From assembly GCA_030295235.1 (NCBI GenBank), contig AP026136.1, positions 620,001 through 684,000 on the forward strand: DNA of 64,000 nucleotides. The letters are read 5' to 3'. Under the pieces are notes generated by a model. It did not search any database. It worked only from the letters and a program-made list of their open reading frames with translations, and was not told the DNA's origin. How positions within the stretch are numbered: position 1 is the stretch's first letter; every line of letters starts with the position of its first letter. The translations under genes were made by a program, and so were the position numbers. Shown piece by piece: positions 28,013-42,081 of this stretch. The stretch comes from Fistulifera solaris (Eukaryota).

Positions 28013-30681
28013 ATGGCTCCTTCCATGATTGACGACGTTTTTGAACTCCTAGCTCTTGCCGAAACTCTCGAAGAGCAGAGTCGCATTGAAGCTGCCACCA
28101 AGTACTACGAGGCCGTTTATTTGATGCGTCGTTATTTATTAAAGAAAGAAGAAAAATCATCGGATCGAGATATACGGCAATTACTGGAGGAAAAAGTTCG
28201 TCACTACGAGCAAGTAGCAGCAACACTCATAGCGGATGATGCGAGTAGGACTTTGACGAGTAATAGTTACTCGCAAGATGACTTCAGTCTCACTCCCTTG
28301 CATCCACCGCCACCACCTACGGCACTACATCCGCTCGCTTCTCAGTCCCCGAAATTACAGAATCATCAACAAGTAAATTTGCAGAAACTGGTAGGGTTTG
28401 CGAATCAAAAACTATCTCGAGCACTCGACTTCGATGAAGCTGAACAAACAGAGGATGCCATTTCGACCTACATGGAAGCAGCAGAAGATTTCCTGGAGGG
28501 GCTAAGATTGGCCGAACTAGACGAAAAGGACAGTCCTGCTGCAATTATGATCAAACGTCGATTGCAGAGTACACTGGATCGTCTGGAAGTACTCAAGTCA
28601 GTAGTATCCACCCAGCCTTCTTTGGGAAAAGTCGTTCTACCACAAAAACAAATGGCCGATTATCCACCATCTCGTATTCCACCACACAAACTTTCTGCGG
28701 AAGAAGTCAATATACTGAAAGCATCTTCACTCATCGCGAGTGGTGTATTTTTGCCGTGGTCCGATGATGATGCCCGAAATTTACGAATTGAAATGAAACA
28801 ATCATCACGCATGTACACGGACCCCAACGGCTTTTTGACGCTGTCCGACTCACAGAAACAAGTGTTCCATCGTTGGGCCCGACCATCGGAGATTGCACGA
28901 ATACGATATCAGCAAGGAACCTCGAAGACGCTACAAGAGATTGTCATTGCGAAGGTGATTACTCCTTTCACGATCCGGCAGAAATACGTTACCGACTGTT
29001 CTTTTGTGGCTAGTCTGTGCATTTGCGCCAATTTCGAACGTCGGTTTAAGAAAAGGCTCATTACTTCGATTCTGTATCCACAGACAGAACAAGGAGATTT
29101 AGTGCATAACCCAGCTGGCAAGTACATGGTGAAACTTTGGCTTAACGGGGTTGCCCGTTGCGTGGTGATCGATGATTATTTCCCGATTGATAAGTACGGC
29201 AATCTATTGTGCTCGCACACGAGTAGCGGCAATGCTCGCTATTTGGAACTGTGGGTGTGTTTGATTGAAAAGGCGTTCCTCAAACTTTCCGGTGGTGGTT
29301 ATGGCTTTCCGGGCTCGAATAGTGCTGTCGATATGTTTTCATTGACCGGTTGGATACCGGAATCGGTCCTTTTGCCAAAGAAACCGATCAATTTCGAGAT
29401 TTTGAAACACCACCGGAACGAGCATGGGAAAGAATCATGAGTGCTTCCTCTTTCGGTGATTGTCTCATAACTGTCTCCTCAGAAGTCGACATTTCCGAAG
29501 AAGCTGAAGCCGTGGGGCTGGTTACCGGGCATGCGTACGCCGTCTTGAATGTTATTGAGACCAGAAACGGAACCCGTCTTTTCCAGCTAAAAAATCCGTG
29601 GGCTCACAAAGGATGGAAAGGGCGTTTCTCAACAAAAGATCTTACCTCGTGGAATGATTTCTCCTTCCAGACAGAAGTCGGTTACGACCCCCAAAAAGGC
29701 TGCCATGTGCGATGATGGTGTTTTCTGGATCTGTTGGGACGATGTCCTGCGATACTTCCAAAACTTTCATCTATCATGGAACCCTGACTTGTTTTCGCAT
29801 AGAACGGCGTTACATGGTTTGTGGCCCGAGTCACAAGGTCCCCCTCAGGATTCTTTTCAAATCGGCGAGAATCCTCAATACGTGGTCGAAATTTCCGATC
29901 CGGCAGTGGAGACGAATCCATCATTATGGATCCTTCTGTCGCGGCATGTAACAAAGGAGGAGCAGCTCGAAGGAAAGGTATTTTCTAAAAAAAATATGTG
30001 CAACAACACGCCCTGCCCATTCTCATTTTTCTTTGTTTTTCCATAGATCGACGACTACTTGACAATTCACCTACACAAAAACAACGAGAAAAAGCAAAGA
30101 AAATGGTACCCTGGTCGATCTGGTGATTGTATTGTAATGAGCGCTTATACGAACTCGCCGCATGTTCTCGTTCGGTACGATATCTCGGGCAGACAAGACA
30201 AATATCTCTCACTTGTGTTGTCTCAGTTTAACAAAGTGCGGGATATTCCATACACGCTCTCCGTCTTTTGTACGGGTCACTTTTGCTGTCCCGTCCACCG
30301 AAAGATTTGGATTACTGTATCGTACTAAAGGCATTATGGTCGAACCGTAGTGCAGGACAAAGCATGGAGGACAATCACATCACGTTTTCAGTACTTGTAG
30401 AGGCGTCGTGTTTCGTGGAATTTCGAGTTTCCACTAGTACGAATATCGCCTCCAATATTATGTTGATTCCGGTCCAACGATACGGCGATGGATTGCGACA
30501 GACTACCAGCAAACCAATAGTAGATAGCGGACGCTACCGCCACGGGTTTGCTGTTGCAGGGCCCAAGTCAATTAAACCGGGTCCGTACCTTCTCGTCGTC
30601 AGTCGTTTTCATGAACGACAAGAGGGTGATTTCCAGCTCAAAGCCTATTCATCACGAAGGTTGAAGATAGAAAAGAAATAA
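28013..30681 (+). CDS. CAPN7: Calpain-7/PalB-like cysteine protease with MIT domains
   Basis: Two MIT-like helical domains, catalytic Q..VTDCSFVASL, GLVTGHAYAVL and LKNPW, C-terminal C2-like domain. Several indels and an intron at about 29978-30046. Confidence 0.9.
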
Positions 30682-31128
30682 TGTCATGACAACCTGTTGC
30701 AAGCTACAAAGTATGTGTGGACTGTGGACGTTTATTAGGAAAATGTGAGGATACAAACAAAGAAAGTTCGGTTGATCTCAGGTTGGATTTTCTTGTTGTC
30801 CGTTGAATTTAATCCGGTACCTGTGAATAGATAGTTCTTGTCAAGACATAGATACTGAAGCTACCGGTCCGATAGTGCACATATATTTCATAGGAATTCA
30901 AAAATGTCGCTCTAAACAAAAACCGCAAACGATATGATTTGAATTCCGCCGGCTAATTTTAGCGCCATTATCCAACAAAGACAGTTCCTTGTCTCTTGGG
31001 AGCTTTTAAGCAACAACCGCAGGCAAAAAAGAGTTGAAGCTTTATCTTCAGCGAAACGCTCAGAAACTCAACTCTCTGATTGCTGTGAATGTGAAAGCTT
31101 CCCTTAAAAAGGAAGAAGCACGTTAAGA

Positions 31129-33892
31129 ATGGGAAATTGTCAGAGCGATTACTCTCATCACCATGTGCGGATAGAAAACCCAGGGGTCAGAAAATTGGCT
31201 CCCTCGTTGCGCCGAACAAGGAAAATTGTAATCAGCTATGATGATCAAGATGGCATATTTTTCGACGAAATCTTGGAGCAGACAATGCCGTTGTCGCCCG
31301 ACGCCACCACCCTCACAACTACGTCCTCTTTTCTACGCCTCTCGATCCTTATGAAAGCCCTTCTCCTCTTTCTCTAATAAGACCGAGCAGCGATGACAGT
31401 GACGCAGCACTTCCTTCACCCTCAGGTACTCGCGTTCTCGATGTGTCACCTCGACAATCATCAAAAAAAATCTCAAAAAGGAAATTCTTCAAGATCGACG
31501 TGGAGTCGTTACGACCAAACTCGAAAGAACTTTTCGAGTGCGTTAAGAGCACGATTGGAACGCTCCACGTTCAAGCAAGCGTCGGTGATATCGCCTAGTA
31601 ATAAAGAGACGTATCAAGAAAGTGAAATTCCTTTCTTTTCATGGGATATTTGCGGGACGAATTTAAACTCGAGATTCTCCGAAGAAGAGGCGCCAGAACA
31701 AAAGTATATCAATCAGTCTAGCGAGAACGAAGCCAACATTTGGACCGAGATCGAAACAGATGCGAGCGTCACCGCGGTGTCCATTTTTCGTCATCAATCG
31801 GATCATAGTCGCATCAATCTCGCCGTGGTATTGGAGGACGGAAGAGTTGTTGTACATGAAGTTCACGCGGACTGCGATGCCAGTCATTCTCCCAAACTTG
31901 ATCTTGTCTTAACCCTAGATCACGGAAGTAGAATACGTTCTATTGATTTTTCATCGGATGGGAGATTCTGCGCAGTAGGCGGTGACGATTGCAGGTGTAC
32001 AATCTATCGTCTGGTGTATGAAGAGGATGCACTTTGTGGAGCGTCCGTTCTAACAATAGTCGAGCGCGTCGACCGAGTGTGCATAGTCCGATTCAACCAT
32101 CATCAACCGTTACTGGCGATAGGAGGGTTCGACGGGAAAGTGACTCTCTTTTCTACAGAAAGTTTGGATCTGGAAAGGAGCTTGACGCGGTCCTCGAATA
32201 CAGCCTGGATGGACTTGTGTTCGCTATGGATTGGAGTCCAGATGGACAGTACTTGGCTTTTGCAGGCAGCGATAAAAAATGCACTATTTTAGACGGTTCT
32301 AACGCATGGAAAGTCAAAACAGAAATTCTCCGATATGCCCCTGTTCATTCAGTCAAATGGTCACCCGCCAACAATGGAGATCTGGCGATCGGATCGTCCG
32401 ACACGACCATCTACGATTTAAAAAGTATGTCTGTCCGACACAGAATCGCTCTGAACACGGAAACTATTTCTATGCGTCACTTGAACCGCAAATGTACCAT
32501 TTGCTGGAGTCCCACTGGAAACTGTAAGTGCTTTGGGTTTGATTTGCGCTCTTTTTCCTATTGCTGCAAATTGTTCACGTTTATTGTTCTTCTCCCTTAG
32601 ACCTCGTCATATGTGATTCTCTGGGTGATTGTACGATGTTTGAGACCAAAACTTATGCCAAAGTGCAAGAGGTTCATCGACATGGATCTCTCAACGCTGT
32701 ATGTTGGACACAGAGTCATGGTGATTGTCGTTCTAGAAATGAATTACTCGTTGTTGGCGGAGATGACAAAAAGCTTGCAGTCATTAAAGCAGGGAAAGAG
32801 ACGAACACATCACAACAGCACTACCATCAGTCAGTAGAGTGGATATTTGATGAAAAGGCTTTCAAAGAGGTTGACGACAACGACGAAGCTTCGAACTCTC
32901 CGGTCGTTAAGAAAATAGCAGGTTACGTCGTGGCTATGGCGTTTTCAAAAGGGAGTACGACGCGTCCAAGCCCTTTCTTGGCATACTCGACTGATGATAA
33001 CCGAGTGACTGTGCTATCGACGTCCGACTGGAGTCTAATAGCAGAGATTTCCTTCCCCCAGCCAGCAACAGCTCTCGCCTTCACCAACGGAAGCAAGTAC
33101 TTGGCGTACGGTTGCCTAGACTCTAGACTGTACGTTTCAGAAACATTCCCGAACTGGTCTCTCGTGGCCAACATAGAGTTGCCATCTCCGGTTCACAGCA
33201 GCCTCATGTATAGCCAAAGCAATCGATTGCTTGGCGCAGGGCTTTATGATGGCACGTTTAAACTTTTCGATCCGGAGCATAAACACACAATCTGTGGGGG
33301 TATCGACGGAAATGAGTCACCAATCACCACTGCTGACTGGAGTTCAAAAGCGGTAGCTATTGGAAAAGAGGACGGGACGGTGAAACTCTATGACCCCGAG
33401 AAACTTCAGTCTGGAATCATTGAAGCGATTGCTACTATTAGTAAAAGGACGACAATCAGGAATGTAGCTTTCGGTTTAAATGGACGATTTCTTGCAGTTG
33501 GGACCTCTGACGGCCTTGTGAGTATATACAGTGAAAAGGGTGGATGGGTTTTATGTCACCAGCTTCAAACTTTTAAGGGCGGAGTGACATCTTTGTCATG
33601 GTGTCCCACAAGTCGCCATTTGGCAGTTGGAGATGATCGGGGATCAGTGAAAATCATGGATACTGTTTTTGGGCGGACGTCGCAGAAGCCAAGCAAGCGT
33701 TTCACACTGCTGAAGACACGATCATATCGAGCCCGAAACCAGCACTTACGTTTAGTCAAAATGGAAACCTAATGGCATTCGCTACCAGTTATCAGGGGAT
33801 TACGTGTCGCAGATTGCTCCCATTGGAGATTGCAGCTTTGCTTGGAACAAGCTGACAAAGACGCCTCGGATGTTGCATCAGCAGAAAACTAA
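31129..33892 (+). CDS. Multi-propeller WD40-repeat protein
   Basis: Many WD-like blades (IDFSSDGRFCAVGGDD, MDWSPDGQYLAFAGSDK, LSWCPTSRHLAVGDDRG) across frameshifted ORFs. Intron at about 32524-32600. Confidence 0.8.
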
Positions 33893-33984
33893 GGATGACT
33901 CAACTAGGACTGAATGCACTGGCAACTACTGCTTATAATCAGTAAGCTATATATCTAGTCTTCGTCAATATGTGTTTACCCTTT

Positions 33985-35026
33985 TCATAGATCAGGCATC
34001 CCGAGCAACTGTGCGAATTTCCGCAGCTCTTCTTCATCCTTAAAAATCGATTCGCCTTTTGAAGACGCTCCATGATGGCGACATCCTCGGCCATGTGTAT
34101 CAAATTAGTGGTACCATCCAGTGGTTTTGGATAACCCAGCGACATGAGAAAGGCATACATAAGTGTTTGGGGCGTCAGATTCAAAGAGTCAGCCCAATCG
34201 CGTACTTCCTTGGACGCCAGTGCCTGTCGATTAGCTGTCAAGGTCCAAAAGGACTGATACCAGATATTCTTTTCCTTACAGAATTGCCGTAGTTCGGTGT
34301 CGAAATTCGAATCCGCATAAAATCGATTCTGCAGGACAGCCGGCTTAATTCTCGCCCTTTCGTATATAGCAACAAACATGGGATAGTCGTAGCAATTGCT
34401 CACCCCCAATTGTCGAACCTTTCCGGCATCGACAAAGTTCTCGAATTCACTCCAGACCTCCATAGTTTGTTCTACAGTCGGCAGGGGCGAATGTAGAACC
34501 AGGGAATCGATGTAATCTGTTCTCAGATTCTGCAGTGACACCGCTAGACTCTGTCGTACCTGCTCAGTCAAAGAAGCATCCTTATCGTACGGAACATTGT
34601 TCGGATCTTGACCCGGATACGGTGTATACTTTGTTTGCAAAAACAAATCACCTCGTTCCAGCCCCAGTTCCGAGGCCGCCGCCGTCCATCCCGCACCCAC
34701 TCCGGCTTCGTTATAATGTTTGGGTTGACATGCTGTATCGATAAAGCGGAAACCGGTCAGGATGGCTTGTTGCACATATTTAGCGGTTTCTTCCTTTTCC
34801 AAGCCGTCCCGTACATGAGGAATGGCTTGTGTGTGGCAATGATTCGCGATACAGGGAGTGCTGACACCATCATTTGTCGTTCTTCGACGTTGGTAAGAAA
34901 AATGTACAAAGAAGTAATGAGCCCCAGAACCGAAAGAATGGACAAGTTGATGAGATGTGCGGAAAAATAGCGATTGTTACGTTGCATCCCGTACACGGAA
35001 CGCGAACTGCGATTGATTTTCACCAT
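33985..35026 (-). CDS. Aldo/keto reductase with N-terminal membrane anchor
   Basis: MYGTAWK, GFRFIDTA..Y, QTKY, DSLVLHSP and LGVSN motifs. Indels near 34795 and 34058. Confidence 0.88.
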
Positions 35027-36227
35027 CTTTCTGCGAGCTCTTTCGATAGAACGGGGTTTTGCAATACTTCCTTCCTTCTTTCGAACCCAAAGGGAGGGTG
35101 AATGGCGATCTTTTTTTCCCGTTTCTCTTGCATTCGCGGATCGTCAAAACACCTCCTGTAGCCCGTACCAGTACCGGTACCAGGTAAGGTTTAGTAGTGT
35201 CCGCAGTGTAGGCGACCTGTCGCCACGACTGCATTTCCGTCATGAATCACGCTTCCTTCGCTCCCGACTGCGATTGAATCTCCGTTCGTTCTGGTCGCTC
35301 AATTAGGACCCATTGTACTTCTCACGATGCGATTACCATCTGTAGCATTTGTAAGGCTCTTCTGCATTATTTGTTGTCTAAAGTCATTGTGAAATCGCTT
35401 CATTCCATATCACTATAGATCTACTGTGTGGATTTAGCACGACTGCTGTCGGTCATGAGTCATGAATCGTATAAAAAAGCCGATTGCCCTCCAATTTATG
35501 CTCATTGTGCATACTTGGTAAGGTGCAAAAGCTGTAATACAATTAAACCACATCCAACATTCCTTGTACTACATCTCTTGATTTCTTGATGTCGATAATC
35601 CCTAACAATCCATTTTTTCGTTTTACTATATTTCCAAAGTGTTTTCTCGCCCGAAATAAGAAATAAGACTGAATTTCAGTCATGAATCCATTTTCTGCCT
35701 TTGAATCTCCGTTCATTTTGCTAGCTTTGGCACGTGACAATTATCATTCTCACATTGAGAGATTATTTCCAGCAGCATTCCCAAGCTTTTCGTTGTTTTC
35801 CTTTTCGAATATCTGTCTCTGTCATTACGTTCCATTGATGCTATAGGGTCAAAATGTAGGCGACCTTTTTACCACGACTTATTGCAGTCACGAACTTTTT
35901 CCGTTATTATCACACGAGCGAAGAAAGGACGGTAGCGCGCACCGCATTTCATTGCCAATTGTTCCTGTTTACCAGGTACTCTCCACGCTTCACAACAAAA
36001 AGAGGCCCAAACCACAACCACCGGCACCGGCGGGTTTCTCGAAACGTTTGCACTCCTTTATTTTTATTACTCTTCTCAACTGCTACCTGGTTTTATTGCG
36101 TACGACTAGTCCAGGGACTCGAAGAACTGTGCTTTGATACGGAAGTAGCAACGAAGAGTTTCATTGTTGTTCAAAAGCTACGAATCATCATCAAACGACA
36201 ATATCAAACAAACAAACGAACGAACGA

Positions 36228-39111
36228 ATGGTCGAACCGCGAGGAGAGCGGGAGCGGACGACGACCTCCTCCGAAGGGACAGAGGAGGACGCCATGGTGC
36301 AACGAATTTTGGAAATGCGTCGAAAGGATTGTGATTTACTGGAGAAGAATGTTCTTGCGGAATTGGTTCGGGAAAAATGGCAACAATTGAAACCCGTGTC
36401 GAAAGAGACGGACGCGAAAGAGCAATTTATTATTTTGCTGCAACTGTGTTTTCAGCGCGCCGCCGACGAAACCCTGTCGGTGAAAAATCGACGAGTTGCC
36501 ATCGAATCAGTCAAGTCGCTGCTAGAGAAACTAGAATCACATGTCGCCACGAAGAAAAAGAATCATCGTCGGGAGGAAGAGGAAGACGAAGGAAATAGCC
36601 GTCAATCGTTAAGTGATTCTCCCGTCCCATCAATCGTCGAGGGCATTCCGCAACCCACAGCGAAACCACCCAGTGCTGTGCACCAACCAAAGCCGAAGCG
36701 GTCCAATGCCGTCGAGTTTTCGGGCCGCACACAAGCGAATCATCGAACGACCGCGCCACCGCAAATAGGATGGTCTCAAACGAAGAATCAGACTCGCGCT
36801 TCCGAACCATCCAATTTGTTTAATCAGCCCTTACGGAACGTACCCGAAAATGTAGACAGACTTCAGTCGAAACAAGATGGCAGTTCTTTAGCAGCAAGTA
36901 GTTCAACATCACAGAGTGGTGCCTCGCAACATTTGTCCGTGGGGAGGATAGACCGGACTACCGATTCGTCTCAGCCCTTGTCAGCGTTACCAAAAGGGAA
37001 TTCATCCATGTCGACAGCGACTATTTCGAGAAGGATGGCCCAGTCCGATCTGGAGCCTCTCCCATTGCTACAAAATAATAACGACAGAAGGTCATCGTTG
37101 TCAGCAGCCACTACTTCACAGACAGATATGGAGCCTCTTCCTTTTTCGGTCTTACAGCAGAATGGCGATTTGGAGCCCATTCCTCTGTCGGCTTTACCGC
37201 AGCAGCAGCAGCACCAGTCGGATGTCTCAATGTCAGGACGACTCGTTGGAATGCCTCATGGAGATAACTTTCAAAGACAGAATGGGAATTTTACACCGCC
37301 GAGCGCTACTTATGCTTCCATGGCAAGAATAGGATGGTCCGCGTCGCAAAACGCTCACCATATTCAGCATAGTTTAAACGGACGCGCTGTCGGACTTCAT
37401 CCAAGGATGCCCTTTCCCGTTCGACAACCGGCCCCCATGCAACCATCTCGAAATAATCATGCAAGGTCACCGGCCCTAGAAACAGCAACCTCGCCATTCC
37501 ATCCTGTCCGAAATAATGACAACGGAACATTGTCAGCATCGGCGAGCACAACTCTGCCGACAGCTACTTCGGCACACTCTCAGGGACAACCCACACCCTC
37601 GGAACAAGGGGGTGCCTCGGGCTGCCTCAAATCGTACTTCAGCCACGGAAACGACGACGTTGGCTACTGCTTCGGCATCGCCGGCCCACAAGGATACCCA
37701 CGAAAGATTGTCGGCCCCGACAAACACAAATACACCCACTGCTTCGGAACCATCATCTCAAAAGAATGCACAGGAAATGTTGCCGCCCGATGTCAACACA
37801 AACGCTTTCGTGGCGGCTTCGGCACCATCCGCTACAGGGGCAGTTGAGAAGCCTTTAGTGGACATCTTCATGGAATCTTGGGAAAAGAATACTTCTCCGA
37901 AAGTCCAAACAACTCATTTTCCTCCTGACCTCGGAGTGCCTATTGGGCAGAAACTGAAAACTCGATCTGGTTTGTTAGAAACTCGAATCAATAGTCTCAA
38001 AATCACGTGTCGCCCAAAACCGACTACCAAAGTGATGGCACAGATCGTTGACAGACGAATTCGAGAGTGGGAACCATACAGAAATCCAATTGCGTATGTT
38101 TCTATGGGTTTGACTTCAGCGGTGGAATCGTGTCTGCCTGAGGGGAATTTTGCTCGAACCACCTTTAGTACCCAGATAGATTTGTCGAGATCTAAGTTCA
38201 ACATTGCTGGGAAATATCCGACAACGCTCGCGAACTACCCCGGAATCCACTGGGGGACAAAAGTCGAGAATCTGGAGTTGGCTTTAATTATGTTTCCTCT
38301 CAAGCGGAATGAGAAAGAACAGAGCAAACGAGCCGATGGGCACATATGGCCCAAGGGTTCTTTTCTCGTCGTTCAAAGCAATCCTCAGGAATTGCAACAG
38401 CGACGCCAAGAAAGTCACGATAGAAGTCTGTGGAAAGGTTGCTCCGCCCCGCTTGACTTGGCACCGCTCATTAAAGATCCGAAGCGCCAAATCAAAATTG
38501 ATCTCTGCAGCTATGATGAAGACATTTATTTTTATTGTGTGATGCTTTGCTCGATTCAAACCCCAGATGCACTCTACCGCCAATTGACGCAACCAGGACC
38601 TCTTGCGCTAGAACGAGTCAGCCGAGATCAGGCTATGAAAATAGCAGTGACGATAGCGCGACGACAAGTGGTACAACTCGATTGTGACGATGACATGGAC
38701 ACGGAAACTGGCAAGCTGGTATTCTCACTATTATGTCCCTTGTCCAAGACGGCGATGGAAACGCCGGTACGGTCTAGCAAATGCAGTCACTGGCAGTGTT
38801 TTGATTTGAAGTTTTTCCTGGAAACCAACCGGTACATTAGCGGCGCACGATGGCGCTGTGGTGCGTGCGATCCGCGGTTTGTTTCACCCAGGGAGCTTCG
38901 AATATGCGGTTTGACAGCTGATATGATTCAGGAATACAAAGACGAAATTTCCGCGCTCCGCAATCGCGTGGAACTGTCGGAAGATGGAACTTACCGTCTT
39001 CTGGAGGAGAAGAAAGTTCGGCACCGGGGCGTCAAACGGGCTCAATCCGCCGACGGCAACGAGGTTAAGCCGAAACGGAATCAAATACAGGAAGCAATTA
39101 TTATTGATTAA
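36228..39111 (+). CDS. SP-RING (zf-MIZ) SUMO E3 ligase-like protein
   Basis: SLLCPLSKTAMETPVRSSKCSHWQCFDL..WRCGAC is an MIZ zinc finger. Long low-complexity N-terminus. Frameshift near 37600. Confidence 0.85.
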
Positions 39112-39203
39112 GTACCCTTTAAATTTTGCTTTGACACTTCTCTAGGGTAGTTGTAGCTGCGTAAGGTAATAGTAAGGCCTTACCATTACTTTATACCACC
39201 CGA

Positions 39204-40085
39204 CTAATTCCGCGCGTTTGACCAACCCCATTCCACTGTTTCCTTGGGATACACGGTAGCCTGAAAAGAGGGCCGGGCAAAGAGATTGGACATGTATAGT
39301 GTCAAATGATCGTACTCGGCCAAGTCAATTTGCTTTTGAAACGCGTCAATCCCACATTGCAAATGATAGAGCTGTGGCGCTAATTTACAATCCACTTGCG
39401 TAAAGATGTCCCCATTCCAGAATTGTTTTCCCACCAAATGATCGTCGAGTTGCTGCAGAATGATTTTCAAATTGTCACGCAACTCTAAATCCGTATCATC
39501 GTTGTCGGGTGTATGCTTCAGATACTTGGCCACAGCCGGAAACAGACCACCAACGATATCGTTACTGCTGGTTTGACTGATTTCTTTGTTTTTCCGAAGA
39601 AGAAGAGAAGATAATCGACAATAACCGAACTTTCAGTATAACATTCCTTCCGATGTCGCAACGCTGGCATTTTCCCTTCATAATGATCCACCAACCATTT
39701 TGGTTTCGTTTCTGATGTCGTGGGAAGTACTTCATATTCGAGATTGAGCTCTTCTAAAACAAGTCGTACGAAATGACAAAAGGACAATCGCCGATGGCTT
39801 GTCCGTCGGGTCCAGCTTTGCAATACAAGATCATGCCTCCCTCTATAATATTTATTAGGACGGTAAGGTACATTGAAGTGAAACAGCAAGAACACATTAC
39901 ATGGATTGATGGAACGTACCGGTCGGCGTGGCACCTTCTTGTCGAACTTCCAATCCTCGATTCGATACCGAAAGCGCCGTGAAAGGTCGCGCAACGAATT
40001 GAATTTGCCAGCCCGAAGCGATCGGCAACACGATCGACAAGAAAAGAAATAATTGGAAGAAATGTCTGCGCTCTGTCATTCTCAT
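39204..40085 (-). CDS. DHAR: Dehydroascorbate reductase (GST/CLIC fold), probably plastid-targeted
   Basis: KAGPDGQAIGDCPF(C)H..RLVLEE, KPKWL, DCKLAPQLYH and WGW motifs. Signal ..IASG-W. Intron at about 39844-39919. Two indels. Confidence 0.9.
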
Positions 40086-40479
40086 TGCTATGATTGTTTG
40101 TGAATGTGAGTCAAAGCGAACTTGTGTCTAGTAAATAATACTTCGTAGTAGGCAAAATGTTGACGATCGATCGGCATTTGCAAAAACTGTTCGATGGTTT
40201 TCTTGTTCTTTTCAACTCCATCCACATCCACTCATCGAACAAGCTAGCGAACAAGGAGTCCGCACTCGTGATTAATTATTGTGCGAATCAAACTGCCACT
40301 AGAGACTAGGGCTCCTAAATTCTCAAATGCACTTGCATTTATTTATACATTAAAAGTTAAAACGGCATGCTTTACTAATACATTAGTAAATCAAATATAA
40401 TCAGCGAAAAACGTTCAATGGCAAATTCATCTCGCAAGAGGTCATCTTACCTCCAACTAAACGCGAGTCTACGCCCTTT

Positions 40480-42081
40480 TCAACTTGTTTCGATTTGTTT
40501 GAAATTCTTTCTCCGAGCAGCAAGCCCTGGTCGTACAGCTCGTCCGAGCGGTCCGTAACCCAACAGAACTCTTCCCAACGCGGCAACGGTATACATCCCC
40601 AATCTCATGGTAAATGTCCCAAAAACAAAACTCAAGGAATCACAACGTGTCTTGAGAAGCAATAATTGAGGAAGAAAGGTCCCCATTCCCATGGTCAACA
40701 AGAATCCAAAGTCACGACTTGCCAACATGGCACCATCGGCTGCAACACTGAGAATGGAAGCGGTCACGGCCAGAAAGACCGAAGGGGCGGCTTGTTTTGC
40801 CAACAATTTTACCACAGGATCCGAAGTAAACCAACCGGATCCGAATTCAATGGCCGAGACGGTCGTGGCTCCGATTCCCAAGGCAGTAATGACAGCTAAG
40901 ACTCCTACCGATTTCAAATTCCCCCGAATCGTTTCGCTGTCACCTTTGTCGAGCAAAGGCGGCAATTGTGTTTGAGAGAGTTGACTGAGTGGTTCCCCAA
41001 ACAGCAGGAAAAAGACCAAGAGATTGAGACACAACTGATACGCCGCCAAAGGCTGTACACCTAACGTCATGGCACTGGTTTGCATTGCGACCAAACCGCC
41101 CAGTCGCGTTAATGTCACCGCCAGTAAAGGACCCGTGTACGAGAGCAACGACATGAATTCGTTCCGTTGGGGCAAACGAAGCTTCGGTAATAGTCGCTTG
41201 GTATGCAAGGACTTCATCATGACGAGTGAACTGAACACAGTAGCCGCCGCCGTGGCAATGGCAGCACCCGTGACACCCATCCGCAGGGGCCAAGCACACA
41301 ACAAGGCGTCACCAATAATATTCAACAGCGATGCTAAAGCGACAATTTTAAGAGGTGTCATGACATCTCTTGTCGCCATGAGAACACTAAGACATATCGA
41401 CTGCGCCAACGCAAAGGAAGAGATGGCGCCACGCCAGTGAATGTACGAGGTAGCACTTTGTCTCAGAGAAGGATGGACGTTGAGCGAGGAAAGAAGGGAC
41501 GGCGTTCCGACCGCGTAGAACAGACACAGAGCAACACCTGCCATTAACGAAACAGTCAGTGGTGCGGCCGCGGCTTCGCGTGCCGCGTCGACGTTTCCTT
41601 CGGAGCTCTCCGCCGTCGCCCCGTACGCACTGGCCACCAACCCCGTTGTGGCGCGCGAGAGAAAGGTAAACAAATACAGCATCTGATCAATACAAAGCGT
41701 CGCCGGAGATAATGCAGCCAAACCTTTTGTGCCGACTAATTTTCCGACAAAGGCATTGTCGATATTGGATAAGAGAGGATTCGACAAGTATATTCCCAAG
41801 GCCGGAAGGGCAAATCTGAGCATACTTCGCTTACTGGATTGTTTTGGCGGCTTTGTTGGCTCACTCCATAAAACAGTGAGTTCATCGGACGACAGATCAG
41901 CAGGTGACTTGGAAAGTGCATCGGAGTCTAGTCCGGATGGACTATGAGCTCCGAGCATGGAGGAAGTAGTTCGCGGAACAAGCTGGAACGAGTGAGACGC
42001 ATGTCGGAACTGGAAGGCGGTTGAGTACTCAAATTTCACTAGCAATGCAGTGAGTGCTATCACTTGCAGCAGCGGGCGCAT
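40480..42081 (-). CDS. MATE-family transporter (EDS5/DTX46-like), plastid-targeted
   Basis: Intact 533-aa ORF with STAF cleavage motif, FALPALGIYLSNPLLS.ID, LAALSPAT and GEPLSQ.SQ. Confidence 0.9.
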   Translation of the reverse strand: MRPLLQVIALTALLVKFEYSTAFQFRHASHSFQLVPRTTSSMLGAHSPSGLDSDALSKSPADLSSDELTVLWSEPTKPPKQSSKRSMLRFALPALGIYLSNPLLSNIDNAFVGKLVGTKGLAALSPATLCIDQMLYLFTFLSRATTGLVASAYGATAESSEGNVDAAREAAAAPLTVSLMAGVALCLFYAVGTPSLLSSLNVHPSLRQSATSYIHWRGAISSFALAQSICLSVLMATRDVMTPLKIVALASLLNIIGDALLCAWPLRMGVTGAAIATAAATVFSSLVMMKSLHTKRLLPKLRLPQRNEFMSLLSYTGPLLAVTLTRLGGLVAMQTSAMTLGVQPLAAYQLCLNLLVFFLLFGEPLSQLSQTQLPPLLDKGDSETIRGNLKSVGVLAVITALGIGATTVSAIEFGSGWFTSDPVVKLLAKQAAPSVFLAVTASILSVAADGAMLASRDFGFLLTMGMGTFLPQLLLLKTRCDSLSFVFGTFTMRLGMYTVAALGRVLLGYGPLGRAVRPGLAARRKNFKQIETS

